A stretch of 64,000 bases of DNA, from assembly GCA_964456845.1 (NCBI GenBank), contig CAYWCV010000001.1, positions 116,240 to 180,239 on the forward strand, given 5' to 3'. The DNA comes from an uncultured Chitinophagales bacterium (lineage in GTDB: Bacteria; Bacteroidota; Rhodothermia; Balneolales; CAYWCV01). The notes beneath the pieces were generated by a model. The model saw only the letters and a program-made list of their open reading frames with translations. It made no database searches and was not told the origin of the DNA. This document shows, piece by piece, positions 38,260 to 46,653 of the stretch (the first letter of the stretch is position 1; each line of letters starts with the position of its first letter). Both the position numbers and the translations under genes were made by a program.

Positions 38260-40230
38260 TTACCTGATATTGGCGGGAAATGATTGTATTCTGAACTTCT
38301 GTCTGAGTTTATTATTCCACTCATTTTCCCGTATAGGTTGATATTCAGACACCAATCGGAAGAACGCCTCATCGAACGTCATGGGCTCGGGATCGCGCAC
38401 CTTCTCGAGATACAGCATGTTCCGGGTGCTTCTGAAATCGAAGATATCGGTAAAATCCCCGCTACTCAGGCCATTGAGTTTGTCGAATGGCTCATTCGAA
38501 AGATCGCTGATGGTCTCTCTGACCACGCTGAGCACCGGCGTGTCGTTTCTTAACGAGTCGGGGCTCATTCCAGACAGGATGCGTTCCCTTGCGACGCTGA
38601 GCAGCGAGTCGTTACGTGCCGCCATCCTGACGATGTCGTATCTCCGTGGGAATTGGTACGTTCCTCTGTTCGATTCAAACAGCGACATCAGGGCTGATGT
38701 GTCGGTCCTAGCATAGTTCCAAACCTCATCTTCGGTCAATTTGAAGACAGCTAGGCCTTCTAGGTAGTTACGAATGGTATTTCGGTAGTCTTCATATCTC
38801 TCGTTGGTTATTTCCAGAAGCTTCTGTTCAACCAACTTGTCCTTGAAGGCATCGAACAAAAGATCGTTGACACCAGACCATGTTATCGAAGGAGAGTTTG
38901 TCTTTATGAAGCCCTGATAGTCGGCGATGGTGTATGCCTCGTCGCCTAGCTCATAAATGACTAGCTGGGCCGTTTCGGAAGGGATCGTGGTGTCGGCCAC
39001 CCTGATCGAATCTCGGCCAGAACGAAGCCCCTGAAAGATCTTGATGTTGTCGAGTGCCACATATTCCCGCACTTCTTGGCGTATTCTGTTGAGTACAAGT
39101 CCGCGTTGGTCACGGAAGGATGGCAGGTTTTTAAGAGCTGCCAATGCCTCTGCACGCTCGACTTCGGGGTCGCTGTAGGTGCGTACAGAATCGACTTTGA
39201 TGACATGGATTCCGTACACCGTTTGAATTGGTGGACGAGGTTTGCCAATTTGCTCCGGTTGTACGGCGAACACAGGGTCGGTGAACGAGTTGTCGTATGC
39301 ACCATAGTTGATCCAACCAATCTGTCCATCGAATTCAATAGACCTTTGATCGTGCGAGTACTGCTGCACCATCTGGGCCCAGTCGGCACCATTTTCTAGT
39401 TGACGGTATATATCGTTGGCAACATTGTACAACGAATCGCCGAAATCCTGTGTTCCGCCACGTGCGTTGAAATAGATGTGACTCACAAAACGGTCCATCT
39501 TTCTCTCGCGAATGTCTTTCACCAGGACGATATGGTAACCAAACTGGGTTCTGAAGGGCATGGACACTTGGCCCACGTCGAGGGAGAAAGCGGCATCTTC
39601 GAAAGGTTTAACTGCCCAACCAGCCGAAAAATAGCCGAGTGCGCCGCCCATGCTGCGGCCTTCGTATATCGTTGAATATTCGTTGGAGAGTGTCTCGAAA
39701 TCCTCGCCAGCCAAGAATTTGTCCCTTGCCTCTATCAGTTGGTTCCATGCATGGAGCGTGTCGGAGGGGGAAGCGCCTTCGGGGATTGCAATCAAAATGT
39801 GCGTCGCGTCAATTTCTCGCTTCGAGCGGAATACATACTCGTCAATGAGCTTATCCTGTATCTCGTTCTCGATCCAATATGGAATAGCGTACTGCAACTC
39901 ATATTGACGCAGTTCCTGGATGATTTCTTCAGAAACAAAGAGACCCTTATCGTCTGCTTCCATCAACTTTGCGCGATAGAGCAGGTACAAGTCGAGGAAC
40001 TCGTTGAGTTCTCGGATGCGGGTGGTGTCGGCCTTTTCTCCGGATATATTGTTGCGTTCATACTGAGAAACAAGCTCATCAAAATAAACGGGATTACCGC
40101 CCACCATTCCAACCACGTCCGAAGAAACTGCGCCCCTGGGCGTGTCGTTGCCGACCATGTTGTTTCCGGTTCCGCAGCCGAACGCGGCAAAAACAGATGA
40201 GAGTACCAGTGTAGCTAGAATGCGACGCAT
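38260..40230 (-). CDS. PpiC-type peptidyl-prolyl isomerase (PpiD/SurA-like periplasmic chaperone lipoprotein)
   Basis: About 656 aa. Signal MRRILATLVLSSVFAAFGC from the ATG at 40230; ATG 40251 and TTG 40260 are alternatives. The parvulin domain has ATHILIA...GGALGYF....FGYHIVLV. A second, degenerate module has YGIHVIKV. Confidence 0.8.
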   Translation of the reverse strand: MRRILATLVLSSVFAAFGCGTGNNMVGNDTPRGAVSSDVVGMVGGNPVYFDELVSQYERNNISGEKADTTRIRELNEFLDLYLLYRAKLMEADDKGLFVSEEIIQELRQYELQYAIPYWIENEIQDKLIDEYVFRSKREIDATHILIAIPEGASPSDTLHAWNQLIEARDKFLAGEDFETLSNEYSTIYEGRSMGGALGYFSAGWAVKPFEDAAFSLDVGQVSMPFRTQFGYHIVLVKDIRERKMDRFVSHIYFNARGGTQDFGDSLYNVANDIYRQLENGADWAQMVQQYSHDQRSIEFDGQIGWINYGAYDNSFTDPVFAVQPEQIGKPRPPIQTVYGIHVIKVDSVRTYSDPEVERAEALAALKNLPSFRDQRGLVLNRIRQEVREYVALDNIKIFQGLRSGRDSIRVADTTIPSETAQLVIYELGDEAYTIADYQGFIKTNSPSITWSGVNDLLFDAFKDKLVEQKLLEITNERYEDYRNTIRNYLEGLAVFKLTEDEVWNYARTDTSALMSLFESNRGTYQFPRRYDIVRMAARNDSLLSVARERILSGMSPDSLRNDTPVLSVVRETISDLSNEPFDKLNGLSSGDFTDIFDFRSTRNMLYLEKVRDPEPMTFDEAFFRLVSEYQPIRENEWNNKLRQKFRIQSFPANIR

Positions 40231-40329
40231 GAATAACAGTTTTGTGAACATTAAAATCAAGCAGCCTTAAAAATCGCTTAAATAACGCAGACTGGCAAGA
40301 ATTAATACATGAAGCGCCAAATAAATCGC

Positions 40330-41661
40330 TCAATACAGCATACCTGCGATCGTGGCCGTCATCAAGTTTGCCAGCGAACCTGCAATCACGGCCTTGACAC
40401 CGAATCGGGCAAGGTCTGATTTACGTGAAGGTGCCAATCCTCCAATGCCGCCGATCTGAATGGCTATGGACGAAAAGTTCGCGAATCCACAAAGTGCGAA
40501 CGTCGCCATAACGATTGTCTTCGGGGCGAGCGACTCTGCAGCGACCAGCGTAGACAAGTCCAAGTAAGCGATGAACTCCGTCAAAACGACTTTGGTGCCA
40601 AGCAATGTGCCGACGTTGAGTGCATCCTGAAGCGGAACTCCAATCATGAAGGCAACAGGGGAAAAGATGAGCCCCAAAATCGATTGTATGCTCAATTCGA
40701 AGTTTGGGTACAGTTGGTTGAGCATTGTCCAGTCGCCGACTTTTGTGAGCAGGGCGTTACCCATAGCCAGAAGGGCGATGAATGCCAAAAGCATGGCTCC
40801 GACGTTGAGTGCTAACTTAAGACCCTCGGCTGCGCCGGAGGCGGCGGCGTCGATCCCATTGGCGTCGGTCTTTTCGATGCTCATCTTGACTTCGCCCTTC
40901 GTTAGCGGCTCGTCGACTTCTGGCACCAGTATCTTTGCTATGATCAAGGCGGCGGGAGCGGCCATAAGGCTTGCGCCAAGAAGCTGCTCTGCGAACATAA
41001 GTCTGGCTTGATCAAGCGGGATATTGTAGGTAAGCGCGTACGAATCGCCAAGCATTTGGATGTATGCTGCCATCACCCCGCCGGCGATTGTGGCCATGCC
41101 GCCCGTCATGATGGCCAAGAGTTCGGAATTGGTCATGCGCTCCACATAGGGTTTTACGACCAAGGGCGCCTCCGTCTGGCCCACAAAGATATTGGCGACC
41201 ACCGAAAGCGATTCGGCACCCGAGGTTCCGAGCACTTTCTGCATGCCTATTGCCATCATCCTCACAATCCATTGCAAAATGCCGTAGTGATACAGCAATG
41301 AGGTCAGAGAGGCAAAAAATATGATGGTAGGGAGCACCTGAAAGGCAAAAAAGAAACCTAGCGACGCTTCGGTGCCAGGGCCCTTTGCCAAATCGCCAAA
41401 TATGAAGGTGGCTCCGGCGGTCGTGTACTCGATCACGGCCACAAAGAAGCCAGAAATCCAGCTGAAAAACTCCTTGGGCCAACCCAGTGGAGCAAACCAC
41501 TGCTCCATGACCCTTCCTTTCAAAATAAACACTGCCAGAATGAACTGGATCAGGAGCCCTTTTGCAACAATATCCCATTTGATGGCCTTTTTGTTGTTGC
41601 TGAGCATCCATGCGATGGCTACTATGGCCAGCATGCCGATCACGCCACGTAAAATATCCAT
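40330..41661 (-). CDS. NupC/NupG-family concentrative nucleoside transporter (CNT)
   Basis: 443 aa and polytopic. Motifs GTSGAESLSVVANIFVGQTEAPL and FALCGFANFSSIAIQIGG are typical of CNT/NupC. Its start overlaps the tdk stop (TAATG). Confidence 0.88.
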   Translation of the reverse strand: MDILRGVIGMLAIVAIAWMLSNNKKAIKWDIVAKGLLIQFILAVFILKGRVMEQWFAPLGWPKEFFSWISGFFVAVIEYTTAGATFIFGDLAKGPGTEASLGFFFAFQVLPTIIFFASLTSLLYHYGILQWIVRMMAIGMQKVLGTSGAESLSVVANIFVGQTEAPLVVKPYVERMTNSELLAIMTGGMATIAGGVMAAYIQMLGDSYALTYNIPLDQARLMFAEQLLGASLMAAPAALIIAKILVPEVDEPLTKGEVKMSIEKTDANGIDAAASGAAEGLKLALNVGAMLLAFIALLAMGNALLTKVGDWTMLNQLYPNFELSIQSILGLIFSPVAFMIGVPLQDALNVGTLLGTKVVLTEFIAYLDLSTLVAAESLAPKTIVMATFALCGFANFSSIAIQIGGIGGLAPSRKSDLARFGVKAVIAGSLANLMTATIAGMLY

Positions 41662-42302
41662 TATTCGTTAGTGTTAGAATGTTCTGGTTTTTGCACGGCT
41701 GAGCGGGCGTTTGAATTGCGGGGAGTCGGCTTGTCGACTGGGGGCCTGTAGGCATGGCGTGACCGGGGTTCATACGAGTCATATTCGCCGAGCAACACCT
41801 TCGAGTCGCTCTCGACCACCCTCTGCGAATAGTGCGCCATCGTACCGGTCACCGTGCAGATGGCATGCAATTTAGTCACATATTCGGCAACGGCCATCAG
41901 CGAGGGCATGGGTTCAAACGGCTTTCCCAGGTAGTCCATGTCCAGTCCGGCCAAAATGACCCTCTTGCCCTCGTTGGCCAAATCGTTGACCACATCAACG
42001 AGCCTACTGTCAAAGAATTGGGCTTCATCGACACAGATCACATCGGCCGATCCGCTCAACAGCGTGATCTGGTCGGCGGTCTCAACGGGATGGGCGGGAA
42101 TCATCGTTGCGTTGTGCGACGTAATTTCCTCGACATGGTAACGATCGTCGAGCTTCGGCTTGAACAGCTGCACATTTTGGCCCGCAATGAGCGCGCGCCT
42201 CGCCCTTCGAATCATTTCCTCCGTCTTGCCACTGAACATGCTTCCGCATATTACCTCTATCCACCCGCTGCCCGGGTGATGCAAGTTAGGCTCGTGGATC
42301 AT
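41661..42302 (-). CDS. tdk: thymidine kinase (type II TK)
   Basis: 213 aa. P-loop GSMFSGKTEE, VDEAQFF, and the GLDMDYLGKPF lasso region. The usual C-terminal Zn ligands appear largely replaced (see findings). It has an unusual basic, Pro-rich tail. Confidence 0.88.
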   Translation of the reverse strand: MIHEPNLHHPGSGWIEVICGSMFSGKTEEMIRRARRALIAGQNVQLFKPKLDDRYHVEEITSHNATMIPAHPVETADQITLLSGSADVICVDEAQFFDSRLVDVVNDLANEGKRVILAGLDMDYLGKPFEPMPSLMAVAEYVTKLHAICTVTGTMAHYSQRVVESDSKVLLGEYDSYEPRSRHAYRPPVDKPTPRNSNARSAVQKPEHSNTNE

Positions 42303-42369
42303 AAACTGGTCAGGTGATTATGTTCTGCAATTCGTGAGGATAACGAAATAGACGTGCTTGAACAAATGA

Positions 42370-42600
42370 TTATTCAACGTGCATCGCACGATACTGCCGC
42401 ACCATGTCGTACACCAGCCAAGCGACGGGGTAGGGGGGTAAAACCACACACAAGACGATCTGCCAAGTCTTGATCGCTCGGTGAGAACGGTCGGTGAGCC
42501 CGGCAATCCCAGCGATCCAGAAAATGATGAACATAAAAACGAGCAGCGCCACGATAAGTGATCCGAAGATGCCGAACGTCTGGTATAAATTTTCCAACAT
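42370..42600 (-). CDS. small two-TM membrane protein, PLDc_N-like
   Basis: 76 aa from the ATG at 42600. FGSLIVALLVFMFIIFWIAGIAG...WQIVLCVVLPPYPVAWLVY resembles the PLDc_N (cardiolipin-synthase N-terminal) small-protein pattern. Confidence 0.5.
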   Translation of the reverse strand: MLENLYQTFGIFGSLIVALLVFMFIIFWIAGIAGLTDRSHRAIKTWQIVLCVVLPPYPVAWLVYDMVRQYRAMHVE

Positions 42601-42759
42601 ACTGTTAAGGCAAAAAATGCGTATTTTGGGCACGATAACAGCTCTAAGATATCAAAGACAGCGATAACCTCACATACATTTCGTTCACATCGCAAGAACG
42701 GACCGAATGCGTGACCGTTCATCAAGGCTGCAGGCTGTTCAAGGAACCAGTACACGCAT

Positions 42760-44067
42760 ATGCTACCAGTTGTATCCATCGTCGGAAGGCCGAACGTCGG
42801 CAAATCTACCCTTTTCAACCGATTGCTCGGCGAGAGGAAGGCTATTGTTCACGATTCGTCGGGTGTGACCCGCGATCGCCACTACGGCGAGGCATACTGG
42901 AACGGCGTCGACTTTACCATCATCGACACCGGCGGCTACTTGCCCGATGACGGAGACGCCATCGTCAACGGCATCAGGCAGCAGGTGAGGCTGGCAATCG
43001 CCGAATCCGATGTCATTCTTTTCATTGTGGACGTGACCATCGGCATCACGGACCACGACTTGGAAGTTGCTCAATTGCTGCGCCTGCAGGACCGACCTGT
43101 TCTGGTCATTGCCAACAAGGCGGACAACGAGCAGCGCATCTGGGAATCCCCCATTTTTTACAGTCTTGGGTTCGACGAGGTATTCGCCATATCGTCGGTA
43201 TCGGGTTTGGGCACTGGCGACCTTCTTGACCGTGTCCTCGAACTGTTTCCAGACAATGTAAAGGAGCAGGCGGGAGAGAACATACCTAAGCTGGCGTTTG
43301 TCGGAAGACCAAACGTAGGGAAAAGCAGCATCGTCAACGCACTGCTCAACCACGAGCGAAGCATTGTGACCGACATCGCTGGCACCACCCGCGATTCGAT
43401 CAACAGTCCGTTCAGCTACGACGACAAGGACTATATCTTGGTCGACACCGCCGGTCTACGCAGAAAGACGAAAGTCAACGAAGACATCGAGTTCTACAGC
43501 ACAATTCGTACACACAAGGCCATTCGCGAGGCCGATGTGGTCATCGTTCTCGTCGACGCCGTGATCGGTTTGGAGTCGCAGGAGTCGAAAATCATCCAGG
43601 AAGCCGAACAGTTCAACAAAGGGATCATCATCGCCCTGAACAAGTGGGACCTGATTGAAAAGGAGACCAACACCCTCAAGGAGTTTGAGGAGAAGATCAG
43701 GCAGAAGCTTCCCACAATGACCTACGTGCCTATCATATCCGTCTCTGCACTGACCAAGCAACGCCTGAACAAGCTCATGGAGCTGGTTCAAGACGTCATT
43801 GATGAGCGTCGCAAGAAGATTTCCACGTCTGAGCTTAATAACTTCATCGAGCGGACGGTTTCGATGGTCAAGCCACCGTCGGTTCGGGGAACTGTGCTGA
43901 GCATCAAGTATGGCACAATGGTGAAGACCAATCCACCGGTATTCAGCTTCTTCATGAACCGTCCCAGCGACTTGCCGGCAAACTATCGCCGTTTCCTGGA
44001 GTCTCGGATCCGCGAGGAGTACGGATTCGTAGGCGTACCCATCACAATGGTGTTCAAGGCGAAATAA
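42760..44067 (+). CDS. der: ribosome biogenesis GTPase Der (EngA)
   Basis: 435 aa with two tandem GTPase domains (GRPNVGKSTLFN...DTGG...NKAD and GRPNVGKSSIVN...DTAG...NKWD) plus a KH-like C-terminus. Confidence 0.94.
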   Translation: MLPVVSIVGRPNVGKSTLFNRLLGERKAIVHDSSGVTRDRHYGEAYWNGVDFTIIDTGGYLPDDGDAIVNGIRQQVRLAIAESDVILFIVDVTIGITDHDLEVAQLLRLQDRPVLVIANKADNEQRIWESPIFYSLGFDEVFAISSVSGLGTGDLLDRVLELFPDNVKEQAGENIPKLAFVGRPNVGKSSIVNALLNHERSIVTDIAGTTRDSINSPFSYDDKDYILVDTAGLRRKTKVNEDIEFYSTIRTHKAIREADVVIVLVDAVIGLESQESKIIQEAEQFNKGIIIALNKWDLIEKETNTLKEFEEKIRQKLPTMTYVPIISVSALTKQRLNKLMELVQDVIDERRKKISTSELNNFIERTVSMVKPPSVRGTVLSIKYGTMVKTNPPVFSFFMNRPSDLPANYRRFLESRIREEYGFVGVPITMVFKAK

Positions 44068-44172
44068 TGAACGGTCGGTGCTTCACCTTGCGTTAAAGTG
44101 ATTGATAGAAAGTGACGAAAAGGCTATTTTGTTCTTTTGTGACCAAAACCGAAACATTTTAGATACCCCGGC

Positions 44173-44853
44173 ATGTCCGAGCGTCTGGATATACCCAAAC
44201 TCAATGCCCTGAACAAGGACTACCAGAATGAGAGAAATCTCACCTTCATGGAGCGCCTATACCTGCCAGAAGTCTTCAAGGGCATGTGGTATTCGTTCAA
44301 GCAAATGTTTAAACCTACGGTTACGATGATGTATCCGGAGGAACGGTGGGATCCGCCTTCCATTTTTAGAGGCCGACCCGTTCTAGTCGAAGATAACGGC
44401 AAAGAGCGTTGCGTGGCCTGCGGACTCTGTGCTCGTGCATGTCCGCCTTTGGCGATTAGCATGCAGGCATCCGAGAACAGTGACGACCCGAAGGAGCGAT
44501 TCCCAGATTTCTTCGAAATCAACATGCTCCGATGCATCTACTGCGGTTTCTGCGAAGAAGTCTGCCCCGAAGAGGCCATTGTCATGAGCAAAGACTACGA
44601 CCTGGTGTTCGATTCGCGCGAAGAGGCCATCTATGGCAAAGACAGACTTCTGATTCCTAAGGAGGAGCTCAAGGAACGCCTCGACTACCTTCGCGAATAC
44701 AAAAATCGCCAGTTTGGGCAGTTCTGGGATTTCCAGGAAGAAAATAACATTCACTCGGTACGCAACAGGGACAAGCGCTGGGAAACCAGCCTCAGTCTCG
44801 TCGAAATGCTTGAGGCAAAGAACGCCGCACAGCGCATTGAAGGACAGGCCTAA
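44173..44853 (+). CDS. nuoI: NADH-quinone oxidoreductase subunit I (2x[4Fe-4S] ferredoxin subunit), stand-alone
   Basis: 226 aa. MYPEE, then two CxxCxxCxxxCP motifs ([12 protein letters not shown] and [12 protein letters not shown]). N- and C-terminal extensions are present relative to E. coli NuoI. No other nuo genes occur in the window. Confidence 0.85.
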   Translation: MSERLDIPKLNALNKDYQNERNLTFMERLYLPEVFKGMWYSFKQMFKPTVTMMYPEERWDPPSIFRGRPVLVEDNGKERCVACGLCARACPPLAISMQASENSDDPKERFPDFFEINMLRCIYCGFCEEVCPEEAIVMSKDYDLVFDSREEAIYGKDRLLIPKEELKERLDYLREYKNRQFGQFWDFQEENNIHSVRNRDKRWETSLSLVEMLEAKNAAQRIEGQA

Positions 44854-44888
44854 AGCCGATTCCTGACATAAGAAATTATCTGATATAG

Positions 44889-45377
44889 ATGGACTTCACG
44901 ATTGATGATGTAAGGCAGGTATTGGAAGACGCCCGTTATCTGCAGGATGAGATCGAGGCGCTCAAGTACGTCATTCATGATGTGCCTTACGACGACAAAC
45001 CTGCGCCGGGCGAATACTCCATCCTCGAGATGGTAGGCATGATCGATCATGCCCAAGTTGCCTTCTATCGACCAGCGATGGAGGAAATCATCCGCAATTC
45101 GGCACCCGACGTCAGCGTACCCACCGATTACGCAAAGAGCTTCAAGCTCCGCAAAGACGAGAACGACACCGTCGACACCGTCCTGAACCGAATCATCAAG
45201 CATCGCGCGGCCTTCCTTAATTTCATGAGCAAGATCAAACCGCTTGAATGGGAACGTTCCGGTTTCATCGGCGGAAAGCGTTTCACCGTTTTTGCGCTGC
45301 TGAACGAGCTGGTCGGTTTCGAGCGCGACCAACTGAAGCGCGTCGCCGAACGCGTAATGACGCTCAACCGCAACTGA
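44889..45377 (+). CDS. hypothetical protein, DinB-like four-helix bundle suspected
   Basis: 162 aa. EYSILEMVGMIDHA resembles the first DinB helix. The His triad is not fully recognisable, so the function call is weak. Confidence 0.4.
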   Translation: MDFTIDDVRQVLEDARYLQDEIEALKYVIHDVPYDDKPAPGEYSILEMVGMIDHAQVAFYRPAMEEIIRNSAPDVSVPTDYAKSFKLRKDENDTVDTVLNRIIKHRAAFLNFMSKIKPLEWERSGFIGGKRFTVFALLNELVGFERDQLKRVAERVMTLNRN

Positions 45378-45396
45378 ACACGGGGCGACATTCAAT

Positions 45397-46020
45397 ATGA
45401 CAATTGACTGGCAAAGCCTCTTAGCTGCTATTGCCAGCATTGCTGCAGTGTTCGTGCTGGCACGCCTGGGTTTCCATCGAAATGCATCGACTGCGTTTGG
45501 CACCCTAGCTGTTGGAATGGTAGCATTGGCCTATGTCATCGATTTTGTTGCCAGACTTATTAACAACCAGTCGGCACTGGTGCAAAATGTCTCCGATTTG
45601 ATGTGGCTGTTGGTCGCAGCCACACTACTCGTTTCATTGGCAAATTTCCTGCGAGAGGACAAGCCTCCGTTTGCGCGTTATCCATTCTTCTTCACACTTC
45701 TACCTCTCATTGTCCTTCCAGTCTACCCATTCATTTCTGACACGATCGTCATCAAGAACTGGGTTCTTGCGCTCTATCAGTTCGGAGCCTTGATCATTTC
45801 CGGGCTTTTATTTTCACTCATGACGACCAAGGACAAATCCTATAGTCCCATTTTGGTTGCCATCGCCTTCTTTTCGATTGCCTGGATTACAAAGTGGATC
45901 GTTCAACCTCCGCTTTCTGATCGTTGGGTGTACACGATTTGTGTTACTGTGGGAATGATATTGGCAGCAAAAACCTTCTACGACAGAGCAAACCAAAAAC
46001 CTATCACTAAAACGAACTGA
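45397..46020 (+). CDS. hypothetical polytopic membrane protein
   Basis: 207 aa with about six hydrophobic helices. I recognise no family. Confidence 0.6.
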   Translation: MTIDWQSLLAAIASIAAVFVLARLGFHRNASTAFGTLAVGMVALAYVIDFVARLINNQSALVQNVSDLMWLLVAATLLVSLANFLREDKPPFARYPFFFTLLPLIVLPVYPFISDTIVIKNWVLALYQFGALIISGLLFSLMTTKDKSYSPILVAIAFFSIAWITKWIVQPPLSDRWVYTICVTVGMILAAKTFYDRANQKPITKTN

Positions 46021-46022
46021 CC

Positions 46023-46493
46023 ATGGCTATCACTATTGGAGATATGGCACCCGACTTCACACTTAAGTCGCATCAAGGTGGCGAATTGAAACTCTCATCG
46101 TACAAAGGTGAGAATGTGCTGATTTTATTTTTTCCATTTGCGTTTTCGGGTATCTGCACCAAAGAGCTCTGCCAAACCCGCGACGATCTTGCATTTTATA
46201 ACTCGATACATGCAAAAGTGATCGGTATAAGCGTAGACAGCCACCATACGCTGGCGAAATTTGCAGAAGTAAACAACCTTGAGTTTCCACTTCTTACCGA
46301 TTTCAACAAGGAAGTAATGACTGCCTACGGTTCTATCTACGACAACTTCATCGGCTACTACAACGGTGTGGCCAAGCGATCGGCCTTTGTTGTCGACAAA
46401 GAAGGCGTTATCCGCTACGCCGAAGTGCTCGAAAGTGCCGGAGACATCCCTAACTTCGAGGCTATCCAAGCGGTATTAAAAGAACTGGCTTAA
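46023..46493 (+). CDS. peroxiredoxin (AhpC/TSA-redoxin family, 1-Cys/AhpE/Bcp-like)
   Basis: 156 aa. APDFTLKS...LILFFPFAFSGICTKELC contains the peroxidatic Cys in the P..F.GICT context. Confidence 0.85.
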   Translation: MAITIGDMAPDFTLKSHQGGELKLSSYKGENVLILFFPFAFSGICTKELCQTRDDLAFYNSIHAKVIGISVDSHHTLAKFAEVNNLEFPLLTDFNKEVMTAYGSIYDNFIGYYNGVAKRSAFVVDKEGVIRYAEVLESAGDIPNFEAIQAVLKELA

Positions 46494-46528
46494 AACCGTC
46501 GAACTACTCGCTTTTACGACACATATTG

Positions 46529-46562
46529 AAAGGCGGCTCCATTTGGGGCCGCCTTTTTCGTT
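46529..46562 (+). terminator. Rho-independent terminator after the peroxiredoxin gene
   Basis: AAAGGCGGC (46529-46537) pairs with GCCGCCTTT (46548-46556) across a 10-nt loop. The run TTTTTCGTTTT follows. Confidence 0.75.
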
Positions 46563-46653
46563 TTACTTCAAAATCCCCAAAAAAATCAGTACCATCCTAT
46601 TGCTTGACCACAATACGCAATGAAATCACATTCATATTAATTATTTCGCCACC

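Noticed and set aside
41012-41782. 256-aa ORF on the same strand but in another frame, spanning the tdk/nupC junction
   Set aside because: Both overlapped genes are strongly supported in their own frames. The alternative frame is Arg/Gly/His-rich and lacks any motif. I see no slippery site that would suggest frameshifting.
44850-45503. 217-aa ORF antisense to the DinB-like gene and to the start of the membrane protein gene
   Set aside because: It spans two plus-strand genes and their intergenic spacer. The plus-strand products have more protein-like composition and tight operon spacing. This choice is less certain than the other strand calls because neither plus-strand product has a firm family assignment.
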